Below, in pieces: positions 29,558 through 37,087 of a stretch of 64,000 nt of DNA (the stretch's first letter is position 1; each line of letters opens with the position of its first letter). The notes under the pieces were generated by a model, which did not search any database, had not been told where the DNA came from, and saw only the letters and a program-made list of their open reading frames with translations. This stretch comes from a virus. The stretch is taken from positions 64,001 to 128,000 of the IMG/VR virus record IMGVR_UViG_3300030419_007436; one strand, given 5' to 3'. The translations under genes and the position numbers were made by a program.

Positions 29558-30076
29558 TTAATGCATGCGTTGGAATTGTTCTAATAACACATCTTTAATA
29601 ATGCGGCGTAGATTTTCTTCGAATGTACCGCTAAAGGTGGCACCGACGCCCTTACCTTTAACTATATCTCCGGCGGTACCCACGCCTGCCGCGCCTAATT
29701 TAACATTTCCTAACTTACTATGCATACCGGTAATCTTTGCTTTTGCAATATCTCCACCGGAGCGCTTCTTAGCTACTTTTGGCGTACGCATAATGATATT
29801 TTTGTTTTTTTCGTACCATTCTTTGTATTTAAAAAAATTGTCGCGCTGCTTTTTATGATTGCCCATCATAGACTCCGCCTTACAAAGGTGAGCTACGCCC
29901 GCTGCTTTGGCATATTTACAAAAATGTTTTACACTTTGGGTAGCTGCAAAACCATCACTAGCGGTTGCTAGGGCAATTGATTTAAATTCTTTATTTTCTG
30001 TATCTGCAGCTGGCGCCACAGCTTCATGTATTTCTTCTTGTATGAGTTGTTTGAGTGTTGATTTAGTAAGCTTCAT
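29558..30076 (-). CDS. Hypothetical protein with class I leader and leader-like C-terminus
   Basis: MKLTKSTLKQLIQEEI ... LRRIIKDVLLEQ. Confidence 0.7.
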   Translation of the reverse strand: MKLTKSTLKQLIQEEIHEAVAPAADTENKEFKSIALATASDGFAATQSVKHFCKYAKAAGVAHLCKAESMMGNHKKQRDNFFKYKEWYEKNKNIIMRTPKVAKKRSGGDIAKAKITGMHSKLGNVKLGAAGVGTAGDIVKGKGVGATFSGTFEENLRRIIKDVLLEQFQRMH

Positions 30077-30092
30077 AATTATAGCTACCCTT

Positions 30093-30167
30093 CTATTTGC
30101 AGCAGCCGCACTGGCAACAGCAATGCATTGGGTTAAGCCAATTTACTAAGCGATGTAATGTTTTCAT
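30093..30167 (-). CDS. 24 aa Cys-rich peptide MKTLHRLVNWLNPMHCCCQCGCCK
   Basis: Manual translation; GAGGAG RBS and ACTAGTTAT motif upstream; not in the ORF track. Confidence 0.55.
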   Translation of the reverse strand: MKTLHRLVNWLNPMHCCCQCGCCK

Positions 30168-30194
30168 GATAGTGTTCTCCTCTGTGTATAATAA

Positions 30195-30227
30195 CTAGTT
30201 CGATGCGCTAGATTTGGTTAGTTTCAT
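30195..30227 (-). pseudogene. Leader-only relic MKLTKSSASN*
   Basis: ATGAAACTAACCAAATCT matches class I leader DNA, then a stop after 10 codons. Confidence 0.5.
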
Positions 30228-30257
30228 TAGCTAATATACCCTTTTATTTAAGACACT

Positions 30258-30518
30258 TTATCTACTACACCCATCGCCAACCCACTCCCATTGATTTTTT
30301 AAAGAATCGCTGGGCTCACCCTTCAGTCTCACAACTCTGCATGGTTTTTGTTCACAATATACCTTTGAATATTGGTTATCCATATTAATAAGTTCAAATA
30401 CCCCTTCTTCGTCTCTATAACATGGATTTACAGCACCTTCCAGGAGTTGCTGTTCCAGCATTATATTTTGTAATTCTTCTTGTATGATTTGTTTAAGTTT
30501 GGATTTGGTTAGTTTCAT
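30258..30518 (-). CDS. Small Cys-containing protein with class I leader; paralog of 26762..27016
   Basis: MKLTKSKLKQIIQEEL; PCYRDEEGVFELIN...KVYC...C..VRLK. Confidence 0.7.
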   Translation of the reverse strand: MKLTKSKLKQIIQEELQNIMLEQQLLEGAVNPCYRDEEGVFELINMDNQYSKVYCEQKPCRVVRLKGEPSDSLKNQWEWVGDGCSR

Positions 30519-30646
30519 GGTAAACCCTCGCATAATAAGTAGTTTACAAAAAACTTAAAATCTCAAAAATTGGGCTGCGATTTATACACGTACTTAGTCG
30601 CGCTATAAGTGCCCGTAATCACTACTAGAACATACATTCCGGTATA

Positions 30647-30670
30647 GGAGGGGGGAGGGGGGGTACCCCT
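30647..30670. other. G-tract element GGAGGGGGGAGGGGGGGTACCCCT in non-coding DNA at the early/late boundary
   Basis: Two runs of 6 and 7 G followed by a GGGGTACCCC palindrome. Confidence 0.7.
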
Positions 30671-30799
30671 TTTAAAGGTTTTGCAAAGCTACAACAAAGC
30701 AGATAATTATTGTTACTATTGCTAGGGGAAACACATCTCTTGCTAACTCTTTCATTATATATATATTAGCATAGCCTACTGGATATGTCAAGTACTATT

Positions 30800-30937
30800 T
30801 TATTTTTTAATACTCTCGCGAATACTTTTGGAAGTGACTGTAACCACTGGGGAAACTGTATCCATCCCTACAATGGTGGACTCTGTGGTTGTGGCTAGTT
30901 TCTTTATTAGCTTTTTTATTTCTTTAATCTCGCGCAT
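30800..30937 (-). CDS. Small hypothetical early protein (45 aa)
   Basis: Manual translation MREIKEIKKLIKKLA...; GGAG RBS. Confidence 0.45.
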   Translation of the reverse strand: MREIKEIKKLIKKLATTTESTIVGMDTVSPVVTVTSKSIRESIKK

Positions 30938-30987
30938 GTTTCTATCTCCACTAAGCGTAAGTTAAACTAAGTCATTGATATTGTTGG

Positions 30988-31179
30988 TTAATTAATTTGG
31001 GGTGTATATACGTTGTGAGGGTTCATGATTGCATCAATTGAGATGAGAGATATAGCAGTAACAATACTGTCCCAGTCTGGCTTACCATCTTCTGTGCATG
31101 TATAGCCGCATTCAAACGGCAAGACTAACAGCAACTCTTCATGCGTTAAATTTTCTTTACTTAATCGTGTACTAAACAT
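30988..31179 (-). CDS. Small hypothetical early protein
   Basis: ORF track; promoter-like site just upstream. Confidence 0.5.
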   Translation of the reverse strand: MFSTRLSKENLTHEELLLVLPFECGYTCTEDGKPDWDSIVTAISLISIDAIMNPHNVYTPQIN

Positions 31180-31402
31180 CTCTCGCCTCTATAGTAACTA
31201 TACCATACCTTAAGGTAAAGTCAAGTACTTTTTTATTTTTATTACCCTCGCATGTGTAATTGTTACACAGCATATTTGTAGATATTATTCACTTGACAAC
31301 GCTATATATATGTGCTTTATACTACTAGCATTTATCGCTGCTTCTCTTACCACTTCACTGTCGTACCTCTTTTCATCCTTTTATTTCCTGTGGCTCCCTA
31401 CC

Positions 31403-31573
31403 TTATAAGATATTTACTACACCACCTTTATTTGTAACAATACGTACTTGACCGCTGTTGCTCTGACGTTTGGCGTAGTTCTTCGCGTGGATGTATGCTG
31501 TGTTCTCACAACCAAATGGGCCACTCACGACGTACCAATTATTAAAGTTTAGTCTCTGTACAAAATACTTCAT
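31403..31573 (-). CDS. Small hypothetical early protein (56 aa)
   Basis: Manual translation MKYFVQRLNFNNWYVVSGPF...; GGGGAG RBS. Confidence 0.55.
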   Translation of the reverse strand: MKYFVQRLNFNNWYVVSGPFGCENTAYIHAKNYAKRQSNSGQVRIVTNKGGVVNIL

Positions 31574-31774
31574 TTACTCCCCTTAGTAGTATTTTTATTA
31601 TTATTGCTCTCGCTGTTATTTTGTAGGCTAACACTACCGCTAACACCAGCAGCGCATTTACGATGACCAGTGCTCCACCAATTCTTTTTTGTATGTGCAC
31701 AAAGAGCATCCATCGCTGCATGCCATTCTAAATTTACGCTAGACATTGCTGTCCTCCAATCTTTCTATATTAAT

Positions 31775-31803
31775 ATTATCTCACAAGCTGTCGTGTTTGT
31801 CAA
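31775..31803 (-). promoter_or_regulatory. Early promoter TTGACA-N17-GATAAT
   Basis: Consensus -35, extended -10 TGnGATAAT, 17 nt spacer. Confidence 0.8.
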
Positions 31804-32021
31804 GAAGAAAATGCAACCTTTTTATCTGTGCGGTAGTAAGCAATCATTTTGTCACTGTTCCAGCCTGTCCGACCGTAGACTTGACCTTCAAAACTCACGG
31901 CATGTGGCTTTTGTGTGAAGTCATAGTAATCACAACAATCTATCATGACAACTTTAACGCCGTTTGGTAGGGTTTCTGCTTGCTTAACGCTGATTGCATT
32001 TTGAAGGGATTGTGCTTGCAT
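31800..32021 (-). CDS. Small hypothetical early protein
   Basis: AAGGAG RBS directly below the promoter at 32048-32076. Confidence 0.7.
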   Translation of the reverse strand: MQAQSLQNAISVKQAETLPNGVKVVMIDCCDYYDFTQKPHAVSFEGQVYGRTGWNSDKMIAYYRTDKKVAFSS

Positions 32022-32047
32022 CTTTTCTCCTTTGACTTTCTATACAT

Positions 32048-32076
32048 ATTATCTCATAGAAAGTGCTTATTGTCAA
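32048..32076 (-). promoter_or_regulatory. Early promoter TTGACA-N17-GATAAT
   Basis: Same consensus. Confidence 0.8.
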
Positions 32077-32127
32077 GCATTAATTGAGTAAAAAGAGAAA
32101 AATTATTTCGATTCGCGTTTTCCGCTT

Positions 32128-32289
32128 TTAGGAGGCCGCGCCGATGACCTGCAAGTCGTCCACGTGCTCTGAGAAAATAACATTGTCTGCCCACAACACT
32201 TTGACCCACTTCTTGCCTTTCTTTTCTTTTATTATCCCTGAGAGACTCTTTTCGTCTTCACAGTATTTTACTAAATCGCCAATGTTCAT
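32128..32289 (-). CDS. GDLV-family cassette protein (53 aa)
   Basis: Manual translation MNIGDLVKYC...VKVLW...LQVIGAAS. Confidence 0.7.
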   Translation of the reverse strand: MNIGDLVKYCEDEKSLSGIIKEKKGKKWVKVLWADNVIFSEHVDDLQVIGAAS

Positions 32290-32322
32290 GCAGGCGATTA
32301 TACATTATATCAAATTGTTTTT

Positions 32323-32520
32323 TTAGCCCTTCGAGACTGTTTTGACGTAATCCCGGTGCATCCATTGGCTTCCTCTTCCCATCCACATCACTTGAATGGT
32401 GTACAACCTTTTATCTTGCGTAGACACATCAACAACAATTCCTGTTCTCTGCTTGAATTTCTGGCACCATTGAATTCTCTTTCCTTTGCTGGATAGCTCG
32501 ACTAAATCTCCTACTTTCAT
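32323..32520 (-). CDS. GDLV-family cassette protein
   Basis: MKVGDLVELS...; ATGA overlap with the upstream gene. Confidence 0.75.
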   Translation of the reverse strand: MKVGDLVELSSKGKRIQWCQKFKQRTGIVVDVSTQDKRLYTIQVMWMGRGSQWMHRDYVKTVSKG

Positions 32521-32723
32521 TTTATTACCTTCAACCAGCGCATCAACGAGCCATCGCACAACGATGAGACAGACTCACCAACAAACTGAACCGCAAAGTT
32601 ATTGATTATTTTTCCATCCTCGCGTTTCAGAGGCTTTGGACCTAGATATATCGCAATCCTGTTGTTGATGTCTCGCGTGTGACCATTAACGTAATCGAAT
32701 TTTACTAAATCGCCTATTTTCAT
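32517..32723 (-). CDS. GDLV-family cassette protein
   Basis: MKIGDLVKFD...LKVIK; ATGA overlap. Confidence 0.75.
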   Translation of the reverse strand: MKIGDLVKFDYVNGHTRDINNRIAIYLGPKPLKREDGKIINNFAVQFVGESVSSLCDGSLMRWLKVIK

Positions 32724-33022
32724 TCTTCTGCCTTTATATACGGAATTCCAGCAGGTAGCTCGCCAGAGACAATACCGCCGTGTTTGGCGCAGATTAGCGA
32801 AACTCTCGATGCTGGTACATAACCATACACCGTATTGAGAGGCGCATTTTCGTTTTCTGCCCAAGGCATCAATATTGGCTCATATTGGTTTGGATAGCCT
32901 ACCTCTACTTCTTCGTATCGGTCTGCGTCGTCAACTCGCGGTTGGCAGTATGCGGTGGCATTTGCCTGCACACTCATTATGAACCCATCTTTGCAGACAA
33001 TCTTTTCGTTATGTTTTTTCAT
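32720..33022 (-). CDS. Conserved phage hypothetical protein
   Basis: SVQA..YC.PR...VEVG.P...TVYGYVP...KHGG; ATGA overlaps at both ends. Confidence 0.75.
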   Translation of the reverse strand: MKKHNEKIVCKDGFIMSVQANATAYCQPRVDDADRYEEVEVGYPNQYEPILMPWAENENAPLNTVYGYVPASRVSLICAKHGGIVSGELPAGIPYIKAEE

Positions 33023-33183
33023 ACTGTACTGATCACCCTTACATCTTCATGACTAAGATATGTTGCGTAGTCGGGCGCGTCAGTCCATCGCACTTGCACA
33101 CAGCCATCAGTAGCCCAAACAACTAAGCCACAAGATTTGCGCCATGTAGGGCCGGTCAAAACGACTAAATCACCTACTTGCAT
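33019..33183 (-). CDS. GDLV-family cassette protein (54 aa)
   Basis: Manual translation MQVGDLVVLTG...VRVISTV. Confidence 0.75.
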   Translation of the reverse strand: MQVGDLVVLTGPTWRKSCGLVVWATDGCVQVRWTDAPDYATYLSHEDVRVISTV

Positions 33184-33367
33184 TAATTACCTCCAGCCAC
33201 GCATGACGAAACCAATATTCTTCACATGATCCCGCTGTACGTACCCAATATTGAATTGTGATACCTCGCGAATCTTCCCGCTCTTGCAGCCTAGTGATCA
33301 CTCCAATGCTACCAATTGGTGTTCGCAATTCTTTTCTTATAACTTTTACTAAATCACCGACTTGCAT
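33170..33367 (-). CDS. GDLV-family cassette protein
   Basis: MQVGDLVKVI...LEVINASR; 14 nt overlap with the next gene. Confidence 0.8.
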   Translation of the reverse strand: MQVGDLVKVIRKELRTPIGSIGVITRLQEREDSRGITIQYWVRTAGSCEEYWFRHAWLEVINASR

Positions 33368-33518
33368 TGATTACCTCTACTTTTGTTCGCCATGAGGCGG
33401 CAACAACACCGCTGCGATTGTCTCTGACTATTGGGTCATTATCTTCATCAAACCCAACGACAATACCTGTGCCCACTTTTTTGTGGTAAGAATATTTTAC
33501 TAAATCGCCTACTTTCAC
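33354..33518 (-). CDS. GDLV-family cassette protein (54 aa)
   Basis: Manual translation (GTG) MKVGDLVKYS...VEVINASR. Confidence 0.75.
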   Translation of the reverse strand: MKVGDLVKYSYHKKVGTGIVVGFDEDNDPIVRDNRSGVVAASWRTKVEVINASR

Positions 33519-33521
33519 TGA

Positions 33522-33725
33522 TTACCTCACGACTAGTTTGAGCCACTCATAGCCCTCATATCCTCGCCACCAAGTGTTTTTGTCGCGTCCCATAAGTTGG
33601 AATACACCGCCGCCACCACGTCTGTCGTGGTCATTGCGTAGTACACGATATATGCCGTCATCATAGGCCAGAAATTGTCCTGCTCGAATGTCCTCGCCGT
33701 GCTTTTTGATGATTTTAACTTTCAA
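33522..33725 (-). CDS. Small hypothetical early protein
   Basis: First gene below the promoter at 33759-33787; its 3' end runs into a junction copy. Confidence 0.6.
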   Translation of the reverse strand: MKVKIIKKHGEDIRAGQFLAYDDGIYRVLRNDHDRRGGGGVFQLMGRDKNTWWRGYEGYEWLKLVVR

Positions 33726-33758
33726 GACTAGTTCCCTTTTTCGACTGTTTCTATATAC

Positions 33759-33787
33759 ATTATCTCACACAGAAGGCGTCTTGTCAA
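33759..33787 (-). promoter_or_regulatory. Early promoter TTGACA-N17-GATAAT
   Basis: Same consensus. Confidence 0.8.
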
Positions 33788-33995
33788 GTGTTTTTTTCAC
33801 TTTTACGTGTTTTAACTCTCTTCTGTTGATATAATACGGGCGGGAATTTGGGAAAAACCAGTGTACCTTCAAGAGAGCAATGTGAGTGCCATGGCGACAG
33901 TCGATGACCAAACCTTTTTTACCTTCGAGGCCCTTAAAATGACCACCATGCTTCAAGCCATAAGCTGAAAGCTCAACTAAATCACCTACTTGCAC
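33765..33995 (-). CDS. GDLV-family cassette protein
   Basis: MQVGDLVELS... Confidence 0.75.
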   Translation of the reverse strand: MQVGDLVELSAYGLKHGGHFKGLEGKKGLVIDCRHGTHIALLKVHWFFPNSRPYYINRRELKHVKVKKTLDKTPSV

Positions 33996-34158
33996 TGACT
34001 ACCTCCAACGCTGTCTTGTATACAAAGAAGGGGTGTTCCTTTCCGTTGACATACACGACGAAAGTCGCGGGACGCCTTTCTTCAGTAATTACGCCCGTCT
34101 TGCCTGCGTACTGTGGATAATCTTCTTTATCGAAGAGCACCAAATCACCGACTTGCAT
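33982..34158 (-). CDS. GDLV-family cassette protein
   Basis: MQVGDLVLFD...LEVVSASR; start corrected to 34158. Confidence 0.8.
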   Translation of the reverse strand: MQVGDLVLFDKEDYPQYAGKTGVITEERRPATFVVYVNGKEHPFFVYKTALEVVSASR

Positions 34159-34330
34159 TGATGACCTCCAATTGGTGTTCGCGAAAGTCCACATATGTAT
34201 TTCGGGGCCAATCGCCACCCATAAGCACCTTGTAAAGCACCGTCCATCGCCTAGAATAATCTGCGTGTGTGATGATGCCCGTAGGCTTTCCATCGACAAT
34301 TAATACTTTTACCAAATCACCTACTTGCAC
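34145..34330 (-). CDS. GDLV-family cassette protein; close paralog of 36217..36402
   Basis: MQVGDLVKVLIVDGKPTGIIT...LEVINASR. Confidence 0.8.
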   Translation of the reverse strand: MQVGDLVKVLIVDGKPTGIITHADYSRRWTVLYKVLMGGDWPRNTYVDFREHQLEVINASR

Positions 34331-34571
34331 GTGCTTTTACCACCTTGAAAGTCCTCCGAAGATTATGAATATTTGACCGTGAGTAACCGTAATCGCTGTA
34401 GTCAGGCGGTGTGCCGTTGCTCCATCTGACGAAAACTTTAGCGTGATTATATTCGTTGTATGTCAACTTATAAACAACACCAGTATATTTTTTGTTGTCT
34501 GAGTTTTGAACCAACAAGTCGCCTACCTCTGCCCATCGAGACTTATCCATTGGTACACAAACCCTCTTCAA
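34317..34571 (-). CDS. GDLV-family protein with N-terminal extension
   Basis: EVGDLLVQ...GVV...VFVRW...KARASR. Confidence 0.7.
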   Translation of the reverse strand: MKRVCVPMDKSRWAEVGDLLVQNSDNKKYTGVVYKLTYNEYNHAKVFVRWSNGTPPDYSDYGYSRSNIHNLRRTFKVVKARASR

Positions 34572-34737
34572 TCAAGGTACTAGCAACACGACCATAATGC
34601 CCTTGAAGGCTCCATGCCAATCCACTGTTAATCAACTCCTGAAAGAATTGGATTGTCTCGGCCTCATCCATTTGGCCAGTCTCGTAACGAATAATCTTGT
34701 CAACCATGCTGTTCTCCGAATCGTTTGTTGGTGTCAT
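34543..34737 (-). CDS. Conserved small phage protein
   Basis: IIRYETG...FQELINSGLAWSLQGHYGR. Confidence 0.7.
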   Translation of the reverse strand: MTPTNDSENSMVDKIIRYETGQMDEAETIQFFQELINSGLAWSLQGHYGRVASTLIEEGLCTNG

Positions 34738-34738
34738 T

Positions 34739-34767
34739 ATTATACCACGTGGGATTCAACCTGTCAA
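34739..34767 (-). promoter_or_regulatory. Early promoter TTGACA-N17-TATAAT
   Basis: Perfect sigma70 consensus with TG extension. Confidence 0.8.
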
Positions 34768-35241
34768 GCCTTTTGTGATAAAAACTGACCATGTTGGGTA
34801 AGTGTTCGCCGCGCCAGAAGAAAAGAATTCATCCAGCTTACATTCACGCAAAGCACCATTCTTCAAATTGAGAAAGATAAACCTAAACTTATCTTTCAGC
34901 ACTTCTGCGTTGTGCTTCTCTGCGCCTGTCAAGGTGAATCCCAGTCCAGACCAATTCTCCTCGACAGGCGACTTCCTTTCCCTACCGGCAGTTTTCAGTT
35001 CAAAAAGTGTAATGTTTTCGACTGCTTCTGCCAATTGGTCTGGATTATCAATTGTCTTTGCGTCAGATTCTTTAATCAAGTCAAAGCCTTTCGCTCGTAT
35101 TTCTTTTCCTACTTGTGCGTAGGCTTCGACAAGATTCTTTCTTTGTTGTGGTGTTGGGCGAACAAAGCCGTGTGTACGCATTGTTGTCCATGAGTCAGCC
35201 TCGTTTTGTTTTCCCGTGTTGTAGCTTTTGGCGTTGTTCAT
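34756..35241 (-). CDS. PD-(D/E)xK nuclease-like protein
   Basis: GFDLI...LFELKT; start at the TAATG overlap, 35241. Confidence 0.5.
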   Translation of the reverse strand: MNNAKSYNTGKQNEADSWTTMRTHGFVRPTPQQRKNLVEAYAQVGKEIRAKGFDLIKESDAKTIDNPDQLAEAVENITLFELKTAGRERKSPVEENWSGLGFTLTGAEKHNAEVLKDKFRFIFLNLKNGALRECKLDEFFSSGAANTYPTWSVFITKGLTG

Positions 35242-35732
35242 TATACTGCACTCGCTAGAATCTTGTCCGAATGCCATTTGATTGTGCCGGGGCGACAAGT
35301 GATTGTCTGAATCTTGTTGTTGACAAACACAGTCAACTCGTTTCGGCCAACTGCTGTCACAATGGCATGCTTCTTGTTGACAGTGATTAGACTACCAACA
35401 GGCGGCAAACCATCTTCTGTGATTAAGCCGGGGTCTTGAATCCTGAGAAACGGACGCTTCTGATTCGGAGCATAAAGTACACCATTCTTCTCATCCAGCA
35501 CAAGTTTTGTGTCCTTCGGCTTTCCATTCAAAGAAGAATATTGTTTACCCTCAACAGTCCATTGCTTACCTTTCTTGGTGGCCTTTTCGACTTTGAAAAC
35601 GATTGTGCGATACTTTGGATAAGTGCGATAGGTTTGAAGTTCGCCGTTTGCATCCATAGCTGCCTCTTCACGAGCCTTGCTCCGACCCATTCCAAAACAC
35701 CACTTCTTCATTAGAATATCATTTGCTTGCAT
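35241..35732 (-). CDS. Hypothetical early protein
   Basis: ORF track; AGGAG RBS. Confidence 0.7.
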   Translation of the reverse strand: MQANDILMKKWCFGMGRSKAREEAAMDANGELQTYRTYPKYRTIVFKVEKATKKGKQWTVEGKQYSSLNGKPKDTKLVLDEKNGVLYAPNQKRPFLRIQDPGLITEDGLPPVGSLITVNKKHAIVTAVGRNELTVFVNNKIQTITCRPGTIKWHSDKILASAV

Positions 35733-35741
35733 GGTACTCTC

Positions 35742-35918
35742 CTATGACGTGGGCTTAAGGCATGCTTCAACGAAACGCTGCTTGTTGAAACGAGGATTGG
35801 TTTCAGATAGTTTCTGTGCGAAGCTAACCGCAAGTTCTTGAATAACGCAGCGGTTCATCGGAGATGTGCTGCTGGCTTTGAGTACGTCTGCAATAAGTTG
35901 AAAATCTTTACGAGTCAT
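35742..35918 (-). CDS. Conserved small phage protein (MTRKDF...NPRFN..RF..AC)
   Basis: Manual translation, 58 aa, first gene below the promoter. Confidence 0.7.
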   Translation of the reverse strand: MTRKDFQLIADVLKASSTSPMNRCVIQELAVSFAQKLSETNPRFNKQRFVEACLKPTS

Positions 35919-35949
35919 TTTGAATCCTTTTTTAATTTGTTATGTATGT

Positions 35950-35978
35950 ATTATCTCATGAATTGCGGTGTTTGTCAA
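35950..35978 (-). promoter_or_regulatory. Early promoter TTGACA-N17-GATAAT
   Basis: Same consensus. Confidence 0.8.
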
Positions 35979-35986
35979 GAAGTTTT

Positions 35987-36079
35987 TTACTTTTTTTTAT
36001 CTTTCAACAGTTCTGCTATCACAAAAAGGGCAGTCCAAACAAACAAAACTAACACTGTGATTTTATTGAGTCTGTCCAC
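35987..36079 (-). CDS. 30 aa single-helix membrane peptide
   Basis: GTG start with GGAGGT RBS embedded in the LEVI codons of the upstream cassette. Confidence 0.5.
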   Translation of the reverse strand: MDRLNKITVLVLFVWTALFVIAELLKDKKK

Positions 36080-36230
36080 CAATAACCTCCAAATACTCCG
36101 CACTGAGCCATATTGGTTCAGCATCACCAACCAGTAAGACTTGGGCATTGAAGTGGCCACCTCGCGTGACCAAGCCATACCTGCAAGTATCATGTCTGGT
36201 GGTATATTTTACCAAATCACCGGGCTGCAC
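36063..36230 (-). CDS. GDLV-family cassette protein (55 aa)
   Basis: Manual translation MQPGDLVKYT...LEVIGGQTQ. Confidence 0.75.
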   Translation of the reverse strand: MQPGDLVKYTTRHDTCRYGLVTRGGHFNAQVLLVGDAEPIWLSAEYLEVIGGQTQ

Positions 36231-36402
36231 TGATTAGCTCCAATTGGTGCTCTCGAAAGAAGACCTCTGCATCCCAGCCATAACCTCTGCCCATAAGAAC
36301 TTCGTAAATCACAGTCCATCGTCGAGAATGGTCTACTTTTGTGATGATGCCTGTAGGCTTTCCATCAACAATTAATACTTTTACTAAATCACCGACTTGC
36401 AC
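36217..36402 (-). CDS. GDLV-family cassette protein; close paralog of 34145..34330
   Basis: MQVGDLVKVLIVDGKPTGIIT...LELISAAR. Confidence 0.8.
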   Translation of the reverse strand: MQVGDLVKVLIVDGKPTGIITKVDHSRRWTVIYEVLMGRGYGWDAEVFFREHQLELISAAR

Positions 36403-36556
36403 TTATCACCTTCAAATGTTTCTTTGCAAACAGTTCAACTTTGTTAGTGCCCAGCCATATCACTTCTGCGCTAATAGGAGTATACCAGCCAACAATAATT
36501 GCTGTCGGGCGTTGACCTTCTCCATATGTCCTCTCGACCAGATCACCGACTTGCAT
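36389..36556 (-). CDS. GDLV-family cassette protein
   Basis: MQVGDLVERT...LKVISASR; start corrected to 36556. Confidence 0.8.
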   Translation of the reverse strand: MQVGDLVERTYGEGQRPTAIIVGWYTPISAEVIWLGTNKVELFAKKHLKVISASR

Positions 36557-36557
36557 C

Positions 36558-36941
36558 TTAATAACAAAGGCTCCTTTCCATGTGAATGTCGCCGTAGTGC
36601 AATTCTCCCCTGCTGTCGCAGTCGTCATACTCTTCACCTAGGCGGACAAAGCGCACATGATTGCCCTGCCACTCATTTTCTGGAAGTTCAAACCCTTCAA
36701 TCCCATCACCTTCAGCCTCTTGAATAAATTCATTGATAGCTTGAATCTCTGGATAGCTATCGTACCATTTTATACCTCCCCAAGTAACGAGCAACGTACC
36801 TTCATTGTTATAGTTCTGGTCAAGATGGTCATGATGTTTGAAAATTAATGAGCGTGTCTCTGGCTCTTTCGCCAAGACAGCAAGAAAATGTGGCATGATT
36901 TGTTTACTGATTGCTAACACTACTTCTGAACGATAACCCAT
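36558..36941 (-). CDS. Conserved phage hypothetical protein
   Basis: MGYRSEV...IKWY...FVRLGEE. Confidence 0.75.
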   Translation of the reverse strand: MGYRSEVVLAISKQIMPHFLAVLAKEPETRSLIFKHHDHLDQNYNNEGTLLVTWGGIKWYDSYPEIQAINEFIQEAEGDGIEGFELPENEWQGNHVRFVRLGEEYDDCDSRGELHYGDIHMERSLCY

Positions 36942-37087
36942 TTATTTTCTCCGTTGTTTGTGGGCTAATAAGATTGTTTTCTACACGTGCTGGGGGCGAG
37001 GTCAGCTTCTAGTCCTTCAACTGTGCGTTGTTGGCACGCCCTATGTTCACAATTTCATCTTCATGCTCCTCGACTGTTTCTATAGGT

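Larger units (their letters stand above)
33164..33528 (-). repeat. Sub-array 1: three copies of the dual-coding junction GAGGTAATCARTGCAAGTMGGTGATTTRGT
   Basis: Copies at about 33164-33196, 33345-33377 and 33496-33528, separated by unique coding DNA. Confidence 0.85.
33975..34335 (-). repeat. Sub-array 2: three junction copies
   Basis: Copies at about 33975-34008, 34138-34171 and 34306-34335. Confidence 0.85.
36207..36560 (-). repeat. Sub-array 3: three junction copies
   Basis: Copies at about 36207-36243, 36380-36415 and 36535-36560 (last lacks the upstream half). Confidence 0.8.

Noticed and set aside
35987-36193. 68 aa ORF as called in the track
   Set aside because: Its 5' part overlaps the GDLV cassette 36063..36230 out of frame; only the 30 aa part from the GTG at 36079 has an RBS.
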